A DNA stretch of 64,000 nucleotides, taken from positions 30,754,001 through 30,818,000 of the forward strand of contig NW_024704742.1 in NCBI RefSeq assembly GCF_018977255.1, in the 5' to 3' direction. The DNA comes from Callorhinchus milii. Lineage: Eukaryota. This document shows positions 38,998 through 52,271 of this stretch, piece by piece (position 1 is the stretch's first letter; each line of letters opens with the position of its first letter). Made by a program: the position numbers and the translations under genes. The notes under the pieces were generated by a model, which saw only the letters and a list, made by a program, of their open reading frames with translations, was not told the origin of the DNA and did no database searches.

Positions 38998-40599
38998 CTT
39001 GACTACAAACTAGGATTGATGGCAGGGGTCTAAGATTGGATTTTCCCGTCTTTACGAGTTGATACTCTAGAAGTGCAGATGTGGGCGGGGTGTTTCATGG
39101 GGTCAGTGTTGGGAAGGACAAAAAAAACTCTGATGATTTTATTGACCACGTTGTTGCCACCTGATTGGAAATTAAGTGCGCCTCGAATGTCGTGTACTTT
39201 TGTCCTGCCGGCAGGGTAGAGTTTGCAGCACCGATATATAATTCCCTTATGCGGTGAAATGCCTTGCGGTGCAGTTCTGGATAAATCCTGTGATGCTGGG
39301 GGGTGGGGGGAAGCCTCGCTGACCTCAGGGGACCCAGTGTTGCAATTCTGCAGCAGGGCAAACACGACGGGCAGGGAATGTTTTGATTTTGTTTGCACAA
39401 TTTGAGGAGATTGTGCATCTGCAGCTCTCTAGCGCCAGTGCAGCAGGTTCAGTTATTGTTATCGGCAAAATTGAATTTGAGAACACTTGACTTTACTAGA
39501 GGTAACTGGACAGACCAATATTGTGACAGTACTTGGACAGTATCTGGAGTCAGCGTGTGATATTTGGACCTACAGTATGCAGCAGCGAAAGAGTTGCCTA
39601 TCATTGCGCCCTGCCTGGGAATCAAACCCAGGTCCTCTTGCTTGCGAGGCGAGTGCTCTGACCACTAAGCTACAGGACTCTACTGTAGTGCAAGTCTAAA
39701 AACTACCCAGGCATATATCCTTGGCATAATTTCTTGATTAAGTTTTTTAATCCCAAAAAGTATATTATGACGATTGCTGATTTCCCTCTCATTTTCTTGC
39801 CGCATGGTTATGCTGTGGAAGTGTTTCATTTTTAACATTTCAATGCAATAATGTTCATTGACCAGCAGAGGGTAGAAGAGGAGTGAGAATATTGCACCAG
39901 AGAAGAAAGCTCACCAGTGACTGTCTGCTCTTTGGGGTTCCAGTTTTACAGCTTATTAACGCGTGACAGTATCTCAAATTTTTCTTATAAAGAACTCCTA
40001 GGTTTTGAAACTTCTTCTGTCAGGGCCTGTACAGATTAAATAAATACATGCTTATTAGAGTACCGAACAGCTTGGGACAGGTTAGTTACTCTCCCCCACA
40101 CCGCATGCCCCACTATGTTCTTGTTTTTAGCTGTGCCCCTGTCGGACTAGAGTGAGAATGGACTCCCAGTACCTAATGTACACCAACTCGTGGCTTTTTT
40201 CACAATAGCAATGATAGAGGAATGAGTGTGGGGCTCTGGTTGATGTGATGCAGAGAAATCATTGGAGCACGATGAAAATACCACAGAAGAAGGTATTTTC
40301 ATGCTTCTCAAAATAACTGTGTTAACTCAAATTAAGGTCAATTCATCTCATTAACTGATTATTCTGTTGTTTCTGAGCTGACCTCTTCACGTTCACGCTA
40401 TTCAGGCAGTGGAGGGAGGTCTGTCCTTATCTGGTCAAACCCTGCCTCGGCTGATGGGATCCAAGTCACTAATTCATTCTCATTGAGAGGCCACATGGGA
40501 AGTCACTGAGGACAAAAGTAACCCCAACCTCTCTTCTCGCCCCACCCCAAAATAAATGTATATTATGCTGATTGCTGATTTCCCTCTATTTACTTGCCC

Positions 40600-41160
40600 C
40601 GATCATAAGATTGGTTTGGATGAAGAAAGCTTTTCAACCCATTTGTTCTCATCCTTCCATCCAGTATCAAGCTGTTGTTTTAAATGAGTCCAGTGTCCTG
40701 GCCTCAACCACCCTTACTGGTAACTTGTTCCAGTTATTGATTACCTGGTATAGAAAAACGTGTCTGTCCTGAAATTGCCCTTTGCAACTCTAAAACTATG
40801 GTATATAGCCTTAGTACATCCTAACGTATTCTGGATTTACTTTTCAATTCCATTTAAAATGTTGTGCATCTATAAGGCATATTTTATATGCCTCTCTATG
40901 CCCCTCTGAAATTCTTGTCTCAAGACTGAAGAGTCCAAGTTCTTCTAATCCTCTAACAATGAAGATCATCCTTATTGCTCTACTCAGCATTGGCTCTAGG
41001 GCTAGGGCAGTCTCTTGTGTTGCGTACTAGATCTATGCGCAGTGCTCTCTCTACATACCATCTGACCAGAGCATGATATAGCTTCAGAATGATGTCAAGG
41101 GATCTGAAATCAACTGATTTAGCAATATAGCCGAGCATCCTGTTTGCCTCGTGTTGATTT
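40600..41160 (-). mobile_element. Old CR1-like LINE 3' fragment
   Basis: Begins cataagattggtttggatgaagaa..., a motif also seen at about 600, 5380 and 54540; contains a degenerate RLKELGLFSL reverse motif (caagactgaagagtccaagttcttc). Confidence 0.5.
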
Positions 41161-41775
41161 GGTTTGATGGAGCTGTTTTTTTCAAGGAACAGCTGAAGAC
41201 TTTAGTTTCGAGCAGAAAGCTCTATGCTCTTACTTGTGCCTGTTTTGAACTTGAGAGAGATTTCCAATGACTTTAGCTGATAATACAGAATTAAGCATTT
41301 CTTTTCCCCCACCACATGGACATTCCTGAGCAGAAAAGTATTATAGTGTGAAACCTGTTTAAGCGGCCTCCTCCATTCAGCAACCACCCTGGAACAGCCC
41401 GGTTAACCCGGTTTGCGTAGACCACCCTTCTATAAAGACCACTATATAAATTCAAGTTGTTGTTGTATTGAGCTATAGGAATTTACAGAACAGAAGAAGG
41501 CGAAGCAACTCATTGTGTTCTGACACTTTGAAAGGGTAGTTTACTCCGTTCCATTTACCTGCCCTTTCCTAACGTATAATTTTGATAATGTCCTTCCCAA
41601 TCTAATGGGGGAAAATCAGATTTATAATTGCATAGCCTCAAAAGTTGCTCTATTTAATGGAAAGAGGAGCTTCTTTACCCCCCACCCCATATTAAATAAT
41701 AATAATTATTGCGTTTGATATTTAATTTAAATTTAACTAATCCCATTTTTTGTTTAAAAAATGTGCCTCTTGTAG

Positions 41776-41969
41776 GATTTGCCAAAACCCAGTGAAGAGA
41801 AGATGAAGCTCACTCTGAATCAAAGTGCCTGGACATCACACTCCAATTCCCTGGCTTCCTGTTTGTCCAGGCTTTCTGGAAAATCTGAAACGGGAAAAAC
41901 TGGCTTAATAAATCTGGGTAACACATGCTACATGAACAGCATCATCCAGGCATTATTTATGGCTACCGA
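41776..41969 (+). CDS. USP38: USP38 coding exon 6, contains the catalytic Cys box
   Basis: Acceptor cttgtAG; DLPKPSEEKMKLTLNQSAWTSHSNSLASCLSRLSGKSETGKTGLINLGNTCYMNSIIQALFMAT, with the USP Cys box GLxNLGNTCYMNS; donor GA|GTAAGT; 194 nt. Confidence 0.97.
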
Positions 41970-42445
41970 GTAAGTAGCAGAATGTATTCTAGTGTTGTAT
42001 TGGNAAAAATACCGCAGGAAATGGCTTTAACAAACAACTGTCGACTGCTATCCTTATTATAACTCATGCTGACTTGAACACAAATGCTTTTTGGAGCCAA
42101 GACCATAGCAGTATTTAAAAAGTAACTGGATAAATATTGAAGAGAGAGCAGGGAATTGGGATTAGAGTTGATAGCTCCAGTGGGGAATGTGTTACTGACG
42201 CAGGCTGAATTGCCTCCCTTCTGTGTTAGTGTTATAATTGCTATGATTCTACGCGGATTAAATGTAAGGATTGAAAACAGTAATAAATTGTCATTAGAAA
42301 TGTGTCATCTCTCTGAGAAACCTTAGTTGTATCATAAATAAGACTGGTCATTTTTTTGAGCGAGTGGTGGGAATTGGAAATATGAATCAGAAACCAAATT
42401 GATTCACTTCTGCTAAATGGGTTTTGAGAAACGCATTATTTTCAG

Positions 42446-42539
42446 TTTCAGAAGGTCTGTTTTATCACTGAGTCTAAATGGATCCCGCTCCATAATGAAA
42501 AAACTTCAACTTCTGTTTGCCTTCTTGGCCCACACTCAG
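42446..42539 (+). CDS. USP38: USP38 coding exon 7
   Basis: Acceptor ttttcAG; (D)FRRSVLSLSLNGSRSIMKKLQLLFAFLAHTQ; donor CAG|GTATGT; 94 nt. Confidence 0.94.
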
Positions 42540-43359
42540 GTATGTTTTTTTTTCCCGAAGAAAATCAATAAATAATTTGCTGGGATATGAAAACTCCACG
42601 ATCTGTTGTCACTGACCTCCTATCTGCAGGCTCCAATTCATAAAACCCTGTGCGTTAAGGTCTTGATTTGGGGGAAATTTAAGAAACTACACATTTTCTT
42701 GGTCTAAGGAATGTTTTTGTTTAATGATCTTTAAATCTGAGATTTCTGCAATGGAGCCAATTGCAGTGTAATTATTTATTTACTAGCCCCAGGTGGTTTT
42801 GAAACTGGACAGTAGCGTAATTGCTCTGCTGTATGTGTTCTTACATTGTCATCTGTATTCTTCCACAATTCAAGGTGTACAATTGTATTCCCCACAACAC
42901 AATAATCCTGGCTCAGTTGGTAGCACCCTCGCCTCTGAATCACAAGGTTTGTGCAGTTCAAGCTCCACGTTAGGACATTGAACTCATAGTCTAGGCTGAC
43001 ACCACAATACAAAATCGAAGGTGCTGGCCTTTGAATGAGACATTAAACCAGAGCCTCATCTGTTGTTCATATGGGTGTTAAAGATCCCATGGCATATTCA
43101 AAAGTCTATTTGACTAATCGAATAGTCTTCTGCATAATAATTTCTCTGCATAGAACACTTTACAAGTTTATCAAGCCTTCAGACACTATGACGGTTGGAG
43201 GATTGGCTTTTTTAGAATTCAGTTAAAAAGTGAAATGAATTCAAATCGCATGTGCCTAATGAAACGCGTCAGAAATTTTCTTTTGGAGTTATTGCCACTG
43301 AAAAAGAATGGAATAAACACCATGAAACTTAACATTTTCCTCCTCTGCTCTTCTGACAG

Positions 43360-43466
43360 AGAGCAGCATATGCCCCTCAAAGCTTCTTTGAAGCATCGAG
43401 ACCACCATGGTTCACCCCTGGCTCCCAGCAGGACTGTTCTGAATACCTCAGGTTCCTTTTAGACAG
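43360..43466 (+). CDS. USP38: USP38 coding exon 8 (QQD box)
   Basis: Acceptor tctgacAG; RAAYAPQSFFEASRPPWFTPGSQQDCSEYLRFLLD(R); donor AG|GTAAGT; 107 nt. Confidence 0.95.
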
Positions 43467-44119
43467 GTAAGTAACCTGCGAATTCTGGCCGGCGGCAGCC
43501 ACTCTGCACTTAAGCGTGATACAATAAGATGCAATAATGAAGATATTGACTAAGAATGTGATTGGTGGGGTGGGGGTAGATTGCATTTTCAGATGTAGAA
43601 ATTAAGTTACTCAGCAACAGTTTCACGACTGTTTGTGGGACTGCTGTGCACAATTGGCTGCCGTGTTTCGCCCACAAAATATACAGTCAATTCACTTTAC
43701 AGTATATTCTGTGAAGCACTTTGAGACATCTCGAAGACATGATAAAGCGCTATACCATATGCAAGGATTATTATTATTTCAAGCAGAATTGGTCACGTGT
43801 ATCTCGCCTCATAATTTCTGAATCCTTGAATTGAATTCTGTATCCTTTTTTACACTTCTTTTGTACATGTGGCATGCCTCAACTGTTCTACTTTTTGAGT
43901 TGTATTAATCTGGTATTTATGAGTTAGACCTCTTTGCATTTGATAAATTTGTGAATCTTACTTTTTTAACGAAAAAGAATGCATTTCAATAGGAAGGTTT
44001 AATTAAAATGTTTAACTTTATTATATTTAAAAGACAGAAACTCTATTAGATGCATGCGCTTTTCAAACTTGTCTTTCTATAGATGTAGGAAGCTGCTTCT
44101 CTGCATTCTACCAGCACCC

Positions 44120-44490
44120 GTGGAGTCCTGTATCTCAGTGGTTAGAGCACTCGCCTCACAAGCGAGAGACTGGGTTTGATTCCCAGCAGGGTGAAACCTT
44201 GGGCAAGTTTCCTTATTCCACACGCCTGATAATAATTCCTCAAGAAAAGAAAATGATGAATTGGTTATTTCAACCCACGACTGTTTGTGGGACGTTGCTG
44301 TGCGCAATTGGCTGCCGGATTTCACCCACAAGTAAACAGTCAATTCACTTTACAGTATATTCTGTGAAGCGCTTTGAGACATCCTCCCGACGTGAAAAGC
44401 ACTATATCAAATGCAAAGATTATTATTATTATCTAGAAGACGTGAAAAGCGCTATATCAAATGCAAGGATTATTATTATTATTATTAGCC
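44120..44490 (+). mobile_element. SINE family A, short-body variant with duplicated tail (related copies 47625-47891 + and 27445-27680 -)
   Basis: Head gtggagtcctgtatctcagtggttagagc. It lacks about 65 nt of the body, and the tail unit cgtgaaaagc...aaatgcaa-gattattatt occurs twice. Confidence 0.85.
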
Positions 44491-46739
44491 TATTATTAGC
44501 CTCCCTATGGCTCGGTGTCATGCTTCACCACTGTCGAGCGCTCTGGGACGCTACCCTGCGTGAGAGGTGCTATATAAATGCAAATTGTTGATGTATGGCT
44601 CTCCTTGCTTGACATCCACCCCCCCCATGGTACTGCATTCTAAGGTATTATAAGTATAGCAACCACGCTATATCAATGCAAGTTGTTGTTATTGATGTGC
44701 GAGGCATGGAATTATGAGGCAGCTGCGACATGGTGTTTGCATTTGTCGCAACTTGTGGTGGAGGGTGGGGGAAAAGTAAGAAAGAAATTCGCATATCAAA
44801 CGCTGCCTGATGCAAAACTGGACCATTGACATTCAAAGGGGTTATTCTAGATTCTTCTGAAACGACAGAAAGCCGATAATATTGTTCAGCAGTCTTTTTG
44901 TATTGTGTTATGACCTCCACTGATCAACAGAGGTTTCCCACCGAGCTGAGAACATGGTGATGTAGTGCAGCAGGTGAAATAGTGCAGTGTGTGATGCAGA
45001 AAGCTCAGCGTCAACGCCATTAATCAGCATTGCCAGCTAGGTTTGATGGAGGTCACACTCAAAACATTGGCCATTCTTCCTCTTTCTGGGGATGATTTAC
45101 CTAGTTGTAGTATTTTCTAGTTTCATTATAGATTTTCGGCATCTTCAGCTCTTTATATTCTCTCTTGTTCTCTTCCCCCCCTCCTCTCTCTCGCCTCCTC
45201 TCCCCTCCTTCCTTCCACCCCAATTACTTGGATCTACCTTCTTTAACACCTGTAACTAGGCATAAGTTCTGGATATCGACCAGTCAAAGTCGGCTTTGAT
45301 CGTTTTTACCAGCAGCAAACATGTTTTCAGTTTGCATCCAAATGGCCCATGGGTGCTGTCTGTCTAACTCACCTTTATTTTGTGTCCTTTCTAGAATAAC
45401 AAGCTGTTTGTGTAGTGCATTCAGGGAGTGCATTTTCGGGAGTACTCTGAGTTGGTAAAACATAGTTGAATATTTTCCTTTGCCATGAAGTATATTCTTT
45501 ATTGGCTTCAGATTAACAACTATGACTTCAAACATGAATGAGTCATTGTATGACCTCAGTGACTGACTATGCAAGCCTATCAGTTCACAGTAAACTGTCA
45601 TTAAACTAGGTTTGGTTTGCCTGGTTATTAAGCTTCAGGTACAACGATAAAGCCTCATTATAAAGCTTTGGTTGATGTCCATAAATTAGCCAGTTTCACA
45701 ATTCTGGCAGCTTGCTTCCTGTGCACCTGTTGGTACTTGCTTTGCGCATGCACAAGAAGTGACATCAGCGATGATCTGGATCACTGTTGATGTCACTTTT
45801 TGTGTGTTGCACATGCGTGTAGCCTGCAGGAAGTGGGCAATTACTTGAGTGTTTTCAGCGGTTGCCAGGGCACCACTTGACCTCAGAGCCCTCGGCTATA
45901 TATGTGCAGGAAGCCAGAAATATATCATGCTTCTGGTATACATAGGTTCACAGTACACCTACACTAATCCATAACAGGGTTGGCCTCTATTATTAACTTG
46001 TGTTATTTCAATACTGAATTTATTCAGTGTCTCAGCCTTGCCAGTGGTGGTGAGCGGTGGGGAGAGGAATGATGGAGATCAGTGTTGACAAAGGCTTCAG
46101 AGCATGTTGGCTGCCCACCTGTCCTCACTTGCTGGTTGGCATGAGGAGTGTGGGTGAAGAAAATACAATAGAGTAAATCTTTAGGATTCAGAAAAACATG
46201 ATCATGGAAGTATTACTTCCACCATATTCAAACCACCACATGTCAGAAGGATCTTGCACCAGGTGGGATTTGAAGAGAAATGTGAAAAGCAGATTGGCTG
46301 CTGTAAATAGGACAAAGGGATCAGAATAAGTGGATTCAGCCATTGATGAAATGAACAGAATGCTGTTCATTTCATAAATGGGGCCTTTGAGATGTTTTTT
46401 TCCCCCAATTGCCAATTGGACTCCAGTTAAGTAAAAGACCAGAGATTCATTTTCATGCTCCTTTTCCGCCTCTGTTGCCAACATTGTAGCAGGTGGGGTG
46501 CAGCTGGCTCAACAGTCCCACGAGTGGCCCGATCATCATGAAAAATGCGAGCATGAAATGAAGGACCAGAAACTCTGATTGCTGAGTTGCGAAACCTGTG
46601 CTAGAAGCAAAAATCTCTGCCAGTGACCTCACTTGAGCATCGGCTGTAGTGCAGCCAGCAGAGCATCGTAACTAGGCATTTTGAGTGACCATGCATGCAC
46701 GGTATCGTTTCTGTGTTGCTCCCAGCTCCATAGACTATT

Positions 46740-47060
46740 ACAACGACAGCGACAAAATTACATTTGTAAAGTGCCTTTCACATCGGGAGAACATCCCAAG
46801 GCGCTGGACAGTCAGTGTTTCAGACCTGAGCTGGGGAGTCAGGATCGGGAAGAGTGGAGGGCGGGGGGGGAGGAGGGTGATCGAAAGCACGGTCGAAGAG
46901 GAGGATCTTGAGATGGGTCTTGAAGGAGGCAAGGGACGCGGTGAGGCGAAAGGACTGCAGGATGGAGTTCTAGAGGGTGGGGGTAGAGTGGCAGATGCAC
47001 CGCCCGATGTGAAATAGGCCATAGCCCACTGAGCGGAGGGAGCAAGCAGGTTGGTAGTGG
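46740..47060 (-). mobile_element. L2 3' end fragment (similar short copies at about 13510-13705 +, 33320-33615 -, 55080-55470 -, 29940-30140 -, 17810-18020 -)
   Basis: Closely resembles the 3' end of the 10905 L2 (ttacatttgtaaag...gcacggtcgaagaggag...ggatggagttc). Confidence 0.75.
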
Positions 47061-47979
47061 GGCAAGACAGCATCAGACCCTGCTGTGGTGCAATCTGTGG
47101 TTATGTAGCCTGTGGGATAGGGAACTCTAAGTCCACTCTAACACATTGTAGAACAGCTACTTGAGCCTAATACTGGAGGGGACAGTGATCCTGAAACTAC
47201 CCCAATATGTTAGTGTCATCGAGATCAGTTTTATTAAGTATGTGCTGTTGGGATCTCTCAGTACAGATGTACATTACTTGTGACGTGTGCTTTGGAGGTT
47301 GCAGGAAATGCTAAGTAATTGTATTGAAATAGAGAGAGAGAAAAACTCCTGTGTTTTCAAATAACGAAAAGCTGTATTAATAAGAGTGAAGGTGCGGAAG
47401 TTAATAATAATCCTTATGTTTGGTGGAGCTCTTCCACATTGGGAGGATGTCCCACAGTGTTTCAAAGAATAATAATCTTTACATTTGATATAGTGTCTTA
47501 TCACATCATTGAGACGTCTGAAAGCGCTTCACAAATACACTGTAAAGTGAAGTGATTGTACAGTTTGTGAGCGAAATGGATATACTGTAAAGAGCAGTGA
47601 CTATGTGAAGATGTGACTATGGGAAGGTGAGTTCAATTCCAGGCAGGGCGAAACCTTGGGCAAGTTTCCTTACTCCACACGCCTAATAATAATCCCTCCA
47701 AAGCCAAAAACAATAATAAATTGGTCATTTTCAATCTACTACTGTTTGTGGGACATTGCTGTGCGCAATTGGCTGCCGCGTTCACCCACAAATATACAGT
47801 CAATTCACTTTACAGTGTGTTCTGTGAAGCGCTTTGGGACGTCCTCCCAACGTGAAAAGCACTATATCAAATGCAAGCATTATTATTATTAAGACTGTCG
47901 TGTGTGAAGTTCAAACGTACAAGCAGAATTACAGTGGACCTACTCATTAAACAAAAGAACCTGAGCTCTTGTGACGGCC

Positions 47980-48290
47980 TTGTAGCTAAAGGCAGTGCCC
48001 GGTGCAGCCATGGGTCACACAGAGCACAAGTTGTAGGTGCTGAGTTCATTGATCTCAGCCAGAGCATGAGCTGAAACATCACAAATTGTATCAAAGCCCC
48101 CAGGTTAGGGAGGTGAAGATTAGCCAGCGTTCCCACTGCGGATTGCTATCCAGAACCCTCCCTCCCTTCTCGGAAGGTGACAACCTGGTGAGAACATGAT
48201 TGGACTCCGCAGTTGTATGTCTCCACCCGCCCATTTTGTGGACAAGTGGCCATGAGCAGTGGTCACCAGGACAATAGACCACACCAGAAA
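47980..48290 (+). mobile_element. Third old SINE-like family (reverse copy at about 62630-62830)
   Basis: Shared motif gtgctgagtt...gatctcagcc...cccaggttagggagg...attagccagcgttccc...gattgctatccag. Similar segments occur at 62760-62830 (-) and about 18600-18720. Confidence 0.45.
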
Positions 48291-48725
48291 GATAACAAGC
48301 TCCATGGACCTGTGAGGACAACACCTTGCATTTATATAGTGTCCTTCAAGCAAGGTAGAGTCCCAGAGAGATTCCCTACACTCCAATGGGAAGATGAAAA
48401 AGATCTGAATGTCTTCAGGAGAGAAGGGAAGAGGAGAAAATTGGTGTGGGAAGAAAGAAATAGATTTAGGGTAGGGCTAAAAAATATTAGGGTAGAATGG
48501 CGTGTGCTGTGTGAGGTCTAATTGCACTGACTGATGAAACTCAGCCATCTGAATGTTTATAACCTTTAGAAATACTTTCAGCAAAAAAATCAATATTTAG
48601 AATGGGTATTTAGCAATCAACTTAAGGTACCGCATCTTGTGATCTTGTGCATGTTCCTTTATTCTTATTAAAATTCTCTTATTTCTTCTATTTTTGTGTG
48701 TGTGTGTATCTCTCTCTCCGCTCAG

Positions 48726-50082
48726 AATACATGAAGAAGAGAAGACGTGTAGAATTCTTCATCGGGAGAACACGCCCCAAAGCAGCGCTGCCACCTCCGG
48801 GCACGAAGACGGACCCACTCCGCACAATCGCCCCACGGAGAAGCTCTGTGTTTCCAATTCAAACCCGTGCTCGGACAACCGGGGCAAGACTCTGATCGAG
48901 AAGATGTTCGGGGGGAAACTGCAGACCACTATCTGTTGCCTGAACTGCAAGAGCACCTCTCAGAAGCAGGAAGCTTTCACTGACCTCTCGTTGGCCTTCC
49001 CTCCCTGCCTGGACCAGGTGCTAGAGGCCGGGTCCGCCCAACCGCTGACCGCACCGGGCAGCGAGAACCCGGAGCCACCCTGCCAGGCTGTGGTGGTGCC
49101 GGCTGCTGAGACCTTGCCTGGCCGCCAGGGGAGTGGTGGGGGGCAGGGGCCCGAGGTTCTCTGCGAGGAGCTCCCACTCCAGCCCGTGGGCTCCGCGGAT
49201 TGCCCGCGAGCACCCAATGACAAATTGGTCCCAGTTTCCGGTGAGGGCGCTGTGAACAGGAGTCACCAAACCATGTCTGTCCCCAGGCTGATCAACTACT
49301 TCCTGGCCCCCGAGATCCTGAACGGGGAGAACAAGTATTACTGTGAGACGTGCGGTTCGCTGCAGAACGCCCAGAAGGAGCTGCAGGTGGTGGACGAGCC
49401 CGAGTACCTGATCCTCACGCTGCTCCGGTTCTCCTACGACGCCAAGAGTCACATCAGGCGGAAGATCCTGGACGACGTGGTGCTCCCACTAGTGCTGCAG
49501 CTGCCGGTGGACAAGCCGCCTGTGCCCACCTCACCGGGCGAGAACCAGTTGGTGGTCTCCGACTCCACTGAGAATGTGCCCAAGAAGCTCAAGTCTTCGG
49601 ACTCAGTGAACTCCAGCGATCCGCACCGTGTGCCCTACCTCCTCTCCTCCATCGTGGTCCACTCCGGAATGTCCTCCGAGAGCGGGCACTACTACTGCTA
49701 CGCCAGGAACACCGCCTCGGGCCCTGCAGGCCAGCTGTGCTGCCAGGGAGACCTCCGAGGCCTGTCCTCCCCGTCGCCGGGCTGCACGGCCCACACAGAG
49801 CCCAGCACCTCAGTCATATGGCAGGACGCAAACTGCAGGGAGACGGCAAAGGAGTGGTTTCTGTTCAACGATAGCAGAGTGACCTTCACTTCCTTCCAGT
49901 CCGTTCAGAACGTAACCAGCAGGTTCCCCAAGGACACGGCATACGTCTTGTTCTACCGGAAGCAGGATGCCGGTCACGGAGTGCTCCCGAGCGCAATAAA
50001 TGGAGTGTGGGTGAATGGGGAGCCCCCGCTGCAGAAGGAGCTCATGGACGCAATCACGAAAGACAACAAGCTTTACCTTCAG
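48726..50082 (+). CDS. USP38: USP38 coding exon 9 (large; zinc-binding CxxC pairs, His box, Asn/Asp box)
   Basis: Acceptor cgctcAG; IHEEEK...KTLIEKMFGGKL...CLNC...EAFTDLSLAF...YYCETC...PEYLILTLLRFSYD...VVHSGMSSESGHYY...WFLFNDSRV...TAYVLFY...KDNKLYLQ; donor CAG|GTGAGG; 1357 nt. Confidence 0.97.
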
Positions 50083-51669
50083 GTGAGGCTTGTGCTTTCA
50101 GAGTAAAGGGTGTCGCTTTCGGAGTCGTTGCAGCCTCCCAATATCGGCAGCCTCACAGCGAAAAAAAACATCTGACCCTTCAAAGTCTGCACTGTGATAC
50201 TGAAGGTTGCGGAGAGCGAACAGAAGTGGCATTGGACTAAAGAAGTGGTGGCAAACTTTATTGTCGGCTAACCATATACATTTTCTTTACAGAATTTTTC
50301 TTTATTTCTGGAGGCGCTTTGGGAACCGCAGCTCAGTAGCTACTAGAAACAAGGTATTGATATGGTGTGGACTTGCCTGGGCTGGTGCTGGTGTTCGGTG
50401 GGCTATTTCTTGACTCTCCAAAAGTGGCCTGCGGATCACTGCACCAGTGTAAGGTAATGGCCCGTGGGCCACTGATGGGGCATTAAGAAGTGGCCCAGTG
50501 AGCACCATTCCAGGCAAGTCCGCGCCAAATCAATACCCTGTTTCCAGTAGCTGTCAAGCCGTGATACCCACAACCATCAATGAAGATGTATCTGGTTGGC
50601 CATCAGTGGCTGGAGCCAACTAGTTTGTGTTGGACCAGCTCTTCGACTGGCTCCACTTGAATCCCGTTCTTCTGCTTCCTCCCTGTACGCTTTTATATTA
50701 TTCTCCATTTGCGAGCGTCTATATAGTATCCTTTTAAAAGGAATAAAGATTTTTGCTCTGTCCCAGTGATGTGCCTTGAAGTCGGCAACAAAGAGCACCT
50801 TCTTCCCTATTCTGCTACCCGAATTGTCCAGAGGAAATCTAAAGGGATATGGGAGGGTGCAGGAGAGATAGGATTACATTAGGTGGTTGGCTTGTGTGAA
50901 GAAAAAGACCAGCGCTGAGTTGATGAGCCACAAGTCTGTTCCTGTGCTGTAAACACTCTATTTTCCAATTCACATTCCAGCCATCCTATCTTCCTCTCTG
51001 AGTGAGACTCCTTAATTAGACACTGAAGCAAGGACTTCTGACACTGCCCAAGCTGAACTCACGTACAGTAAGCTCCTGATAACTGTACCCTGGCTCAACT
51101 TGTCACTATTGCTTAAATCATCATACTGTCAGTATCTTGGCAGCATTTATTTATGTATTTAGACATATACCTAACTTGCCGCCCTGGATAACTCGACACT
51201 GAGCCCTTTTCCCTCAGAGTGACAAGTTATTAGGTGTTTACTGTAGTATCCTTCAGAATTGAAGGCATGAAAGAGACGCTGCTTTCAATCGCTCCTCATT
51301 TTCTCTGCAATTTCTTGTTTCCATGTTCAGATAATTCTATTAATGCATCGCTCTCCTTTTTTTTTAAATAAAAAAAAAACGATTTGAGTGAGATTTTCAA
51401 ACCTGGATCTAAATTGAAATTCCCTCTCCACTTCTCTGAGCTTGCAGCTGGCCTGTTGGATACATCGGGTGATTTGTCGGCAGACACTCTAGCTTTAACA
51501 AGCCAATTACAGCAAAAGGAGAGGCAGACACCGAGTAGAGATGTGATAAAACGGGCTCACTGACAGACTCCTCATAACTCTGCTGCCTCCAAGGTGGTAG
51601 TCAAGCTGTAGTCAGAGACCCTGCTTTGTGACGCAATGCAATAAAAATGCAACAACAGGTTGCATAAAC

Positions 51670-52030
51670 TTGGCTGGTATTTCCTTGGATTCAGTAAGTT
51701 GAGGGGTGATCTGATTGAGACAGTTAAAAGGAGAAAGATTCAATAGGGTACTTATTCTTTAAATTAGAGCTGGGCTATTTAGGAGTAAAATCGGGAAGAA
51801 TTTTTTTATTCAAAGGCTAAGGGAAATCTGGAACTCTCCCGCAAAAGTCTATGGATGCTGGATCCATTCAAATTTTCAAGACTGGGGTGAGTAGATTTTT
51901 GTTTGGTACGGTTATCAAGGGATATGGGGCAAAGTCGGGTAATTAGAGTTGAGGTACAAATCTGCCATGATCTACTAGAGTGAGGGATCAGGCTCGAGGG
52001 GCTGAATGGCCTACTTTTGTTACTATGTTC
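51670..52030 (+). mobile_element. CR1 3' fragment
   Basis: gttgaggggtgatctgattgag (RGDLIE-like)...ggaactctccc...gctcgaggggctgaatggcctact...tatgttc, a CR1 3' end. Confidence 0.7.
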
Positions 52031-52106
52031 CTCCCGACCTGAAAGGCTCTCTAAATGTAATTTTGTTGTTGTTGATTTGTATTCATCTTGTGTTCCTCCC
52101 CTCCAG

Positions 52107-52271
52107 GAACAAGAGCTTAGTGCCAGGACCAGGGCCCTGCAAGCCTCTTCTACCACTTGTTCCTTTCGTCCTCATGGTTTTGATGACAACGACCCACCAG
52201 GCAGCTGTGGCCCCAGTGGTGGCGGAGGAGGAGGCGGTGGGTTTAATACCATCAGCCGGCTTGTCTTCTGA
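52107..52271 (+). CDS. USP38: USP38 coding exon 10 (terminal)
   Basis: Acceptor ctccAG; EQELSARTRALQASSTTCSFRPHGFDDNDPPGSCGPSGGGGGGGGFNTISRLVF*, matching the recalled USP38 C-terminus; stop TGA ends at 52271. The summed CDS is 3126 nt and in frame. Confidence 0.96.
   Translation, partial: EQELSARTRALQASSTTCSFRPHGFDDNDPPGSCGPSGGGGGGGGFNTISRLVF

Noticed and set aside
42004..42004. Single ambiguous base (n)
   Set aside because: It is an intronic sequencing ambiguity with no effect on the gene model.
44199..44591. Recurrent short ORFs ending [10 protein letters not shown] (also 30427, 47656, 58275)
   Set aside because: These are chance translations of the SINE tail, not a peptide gene family.
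48531..48545. Other CTGATGA/CTGACGA motifs (48531, 10131, 7386) as hammerheads
   Set aside because: They lack a stem II followed by GAAA in the required arrangement.
49021..49452. 143-aa antisense ORF and other overlapping ORFs in exon 9
   Set aside because: These are expected shadow ORFs of a GC3-rich coding exon.
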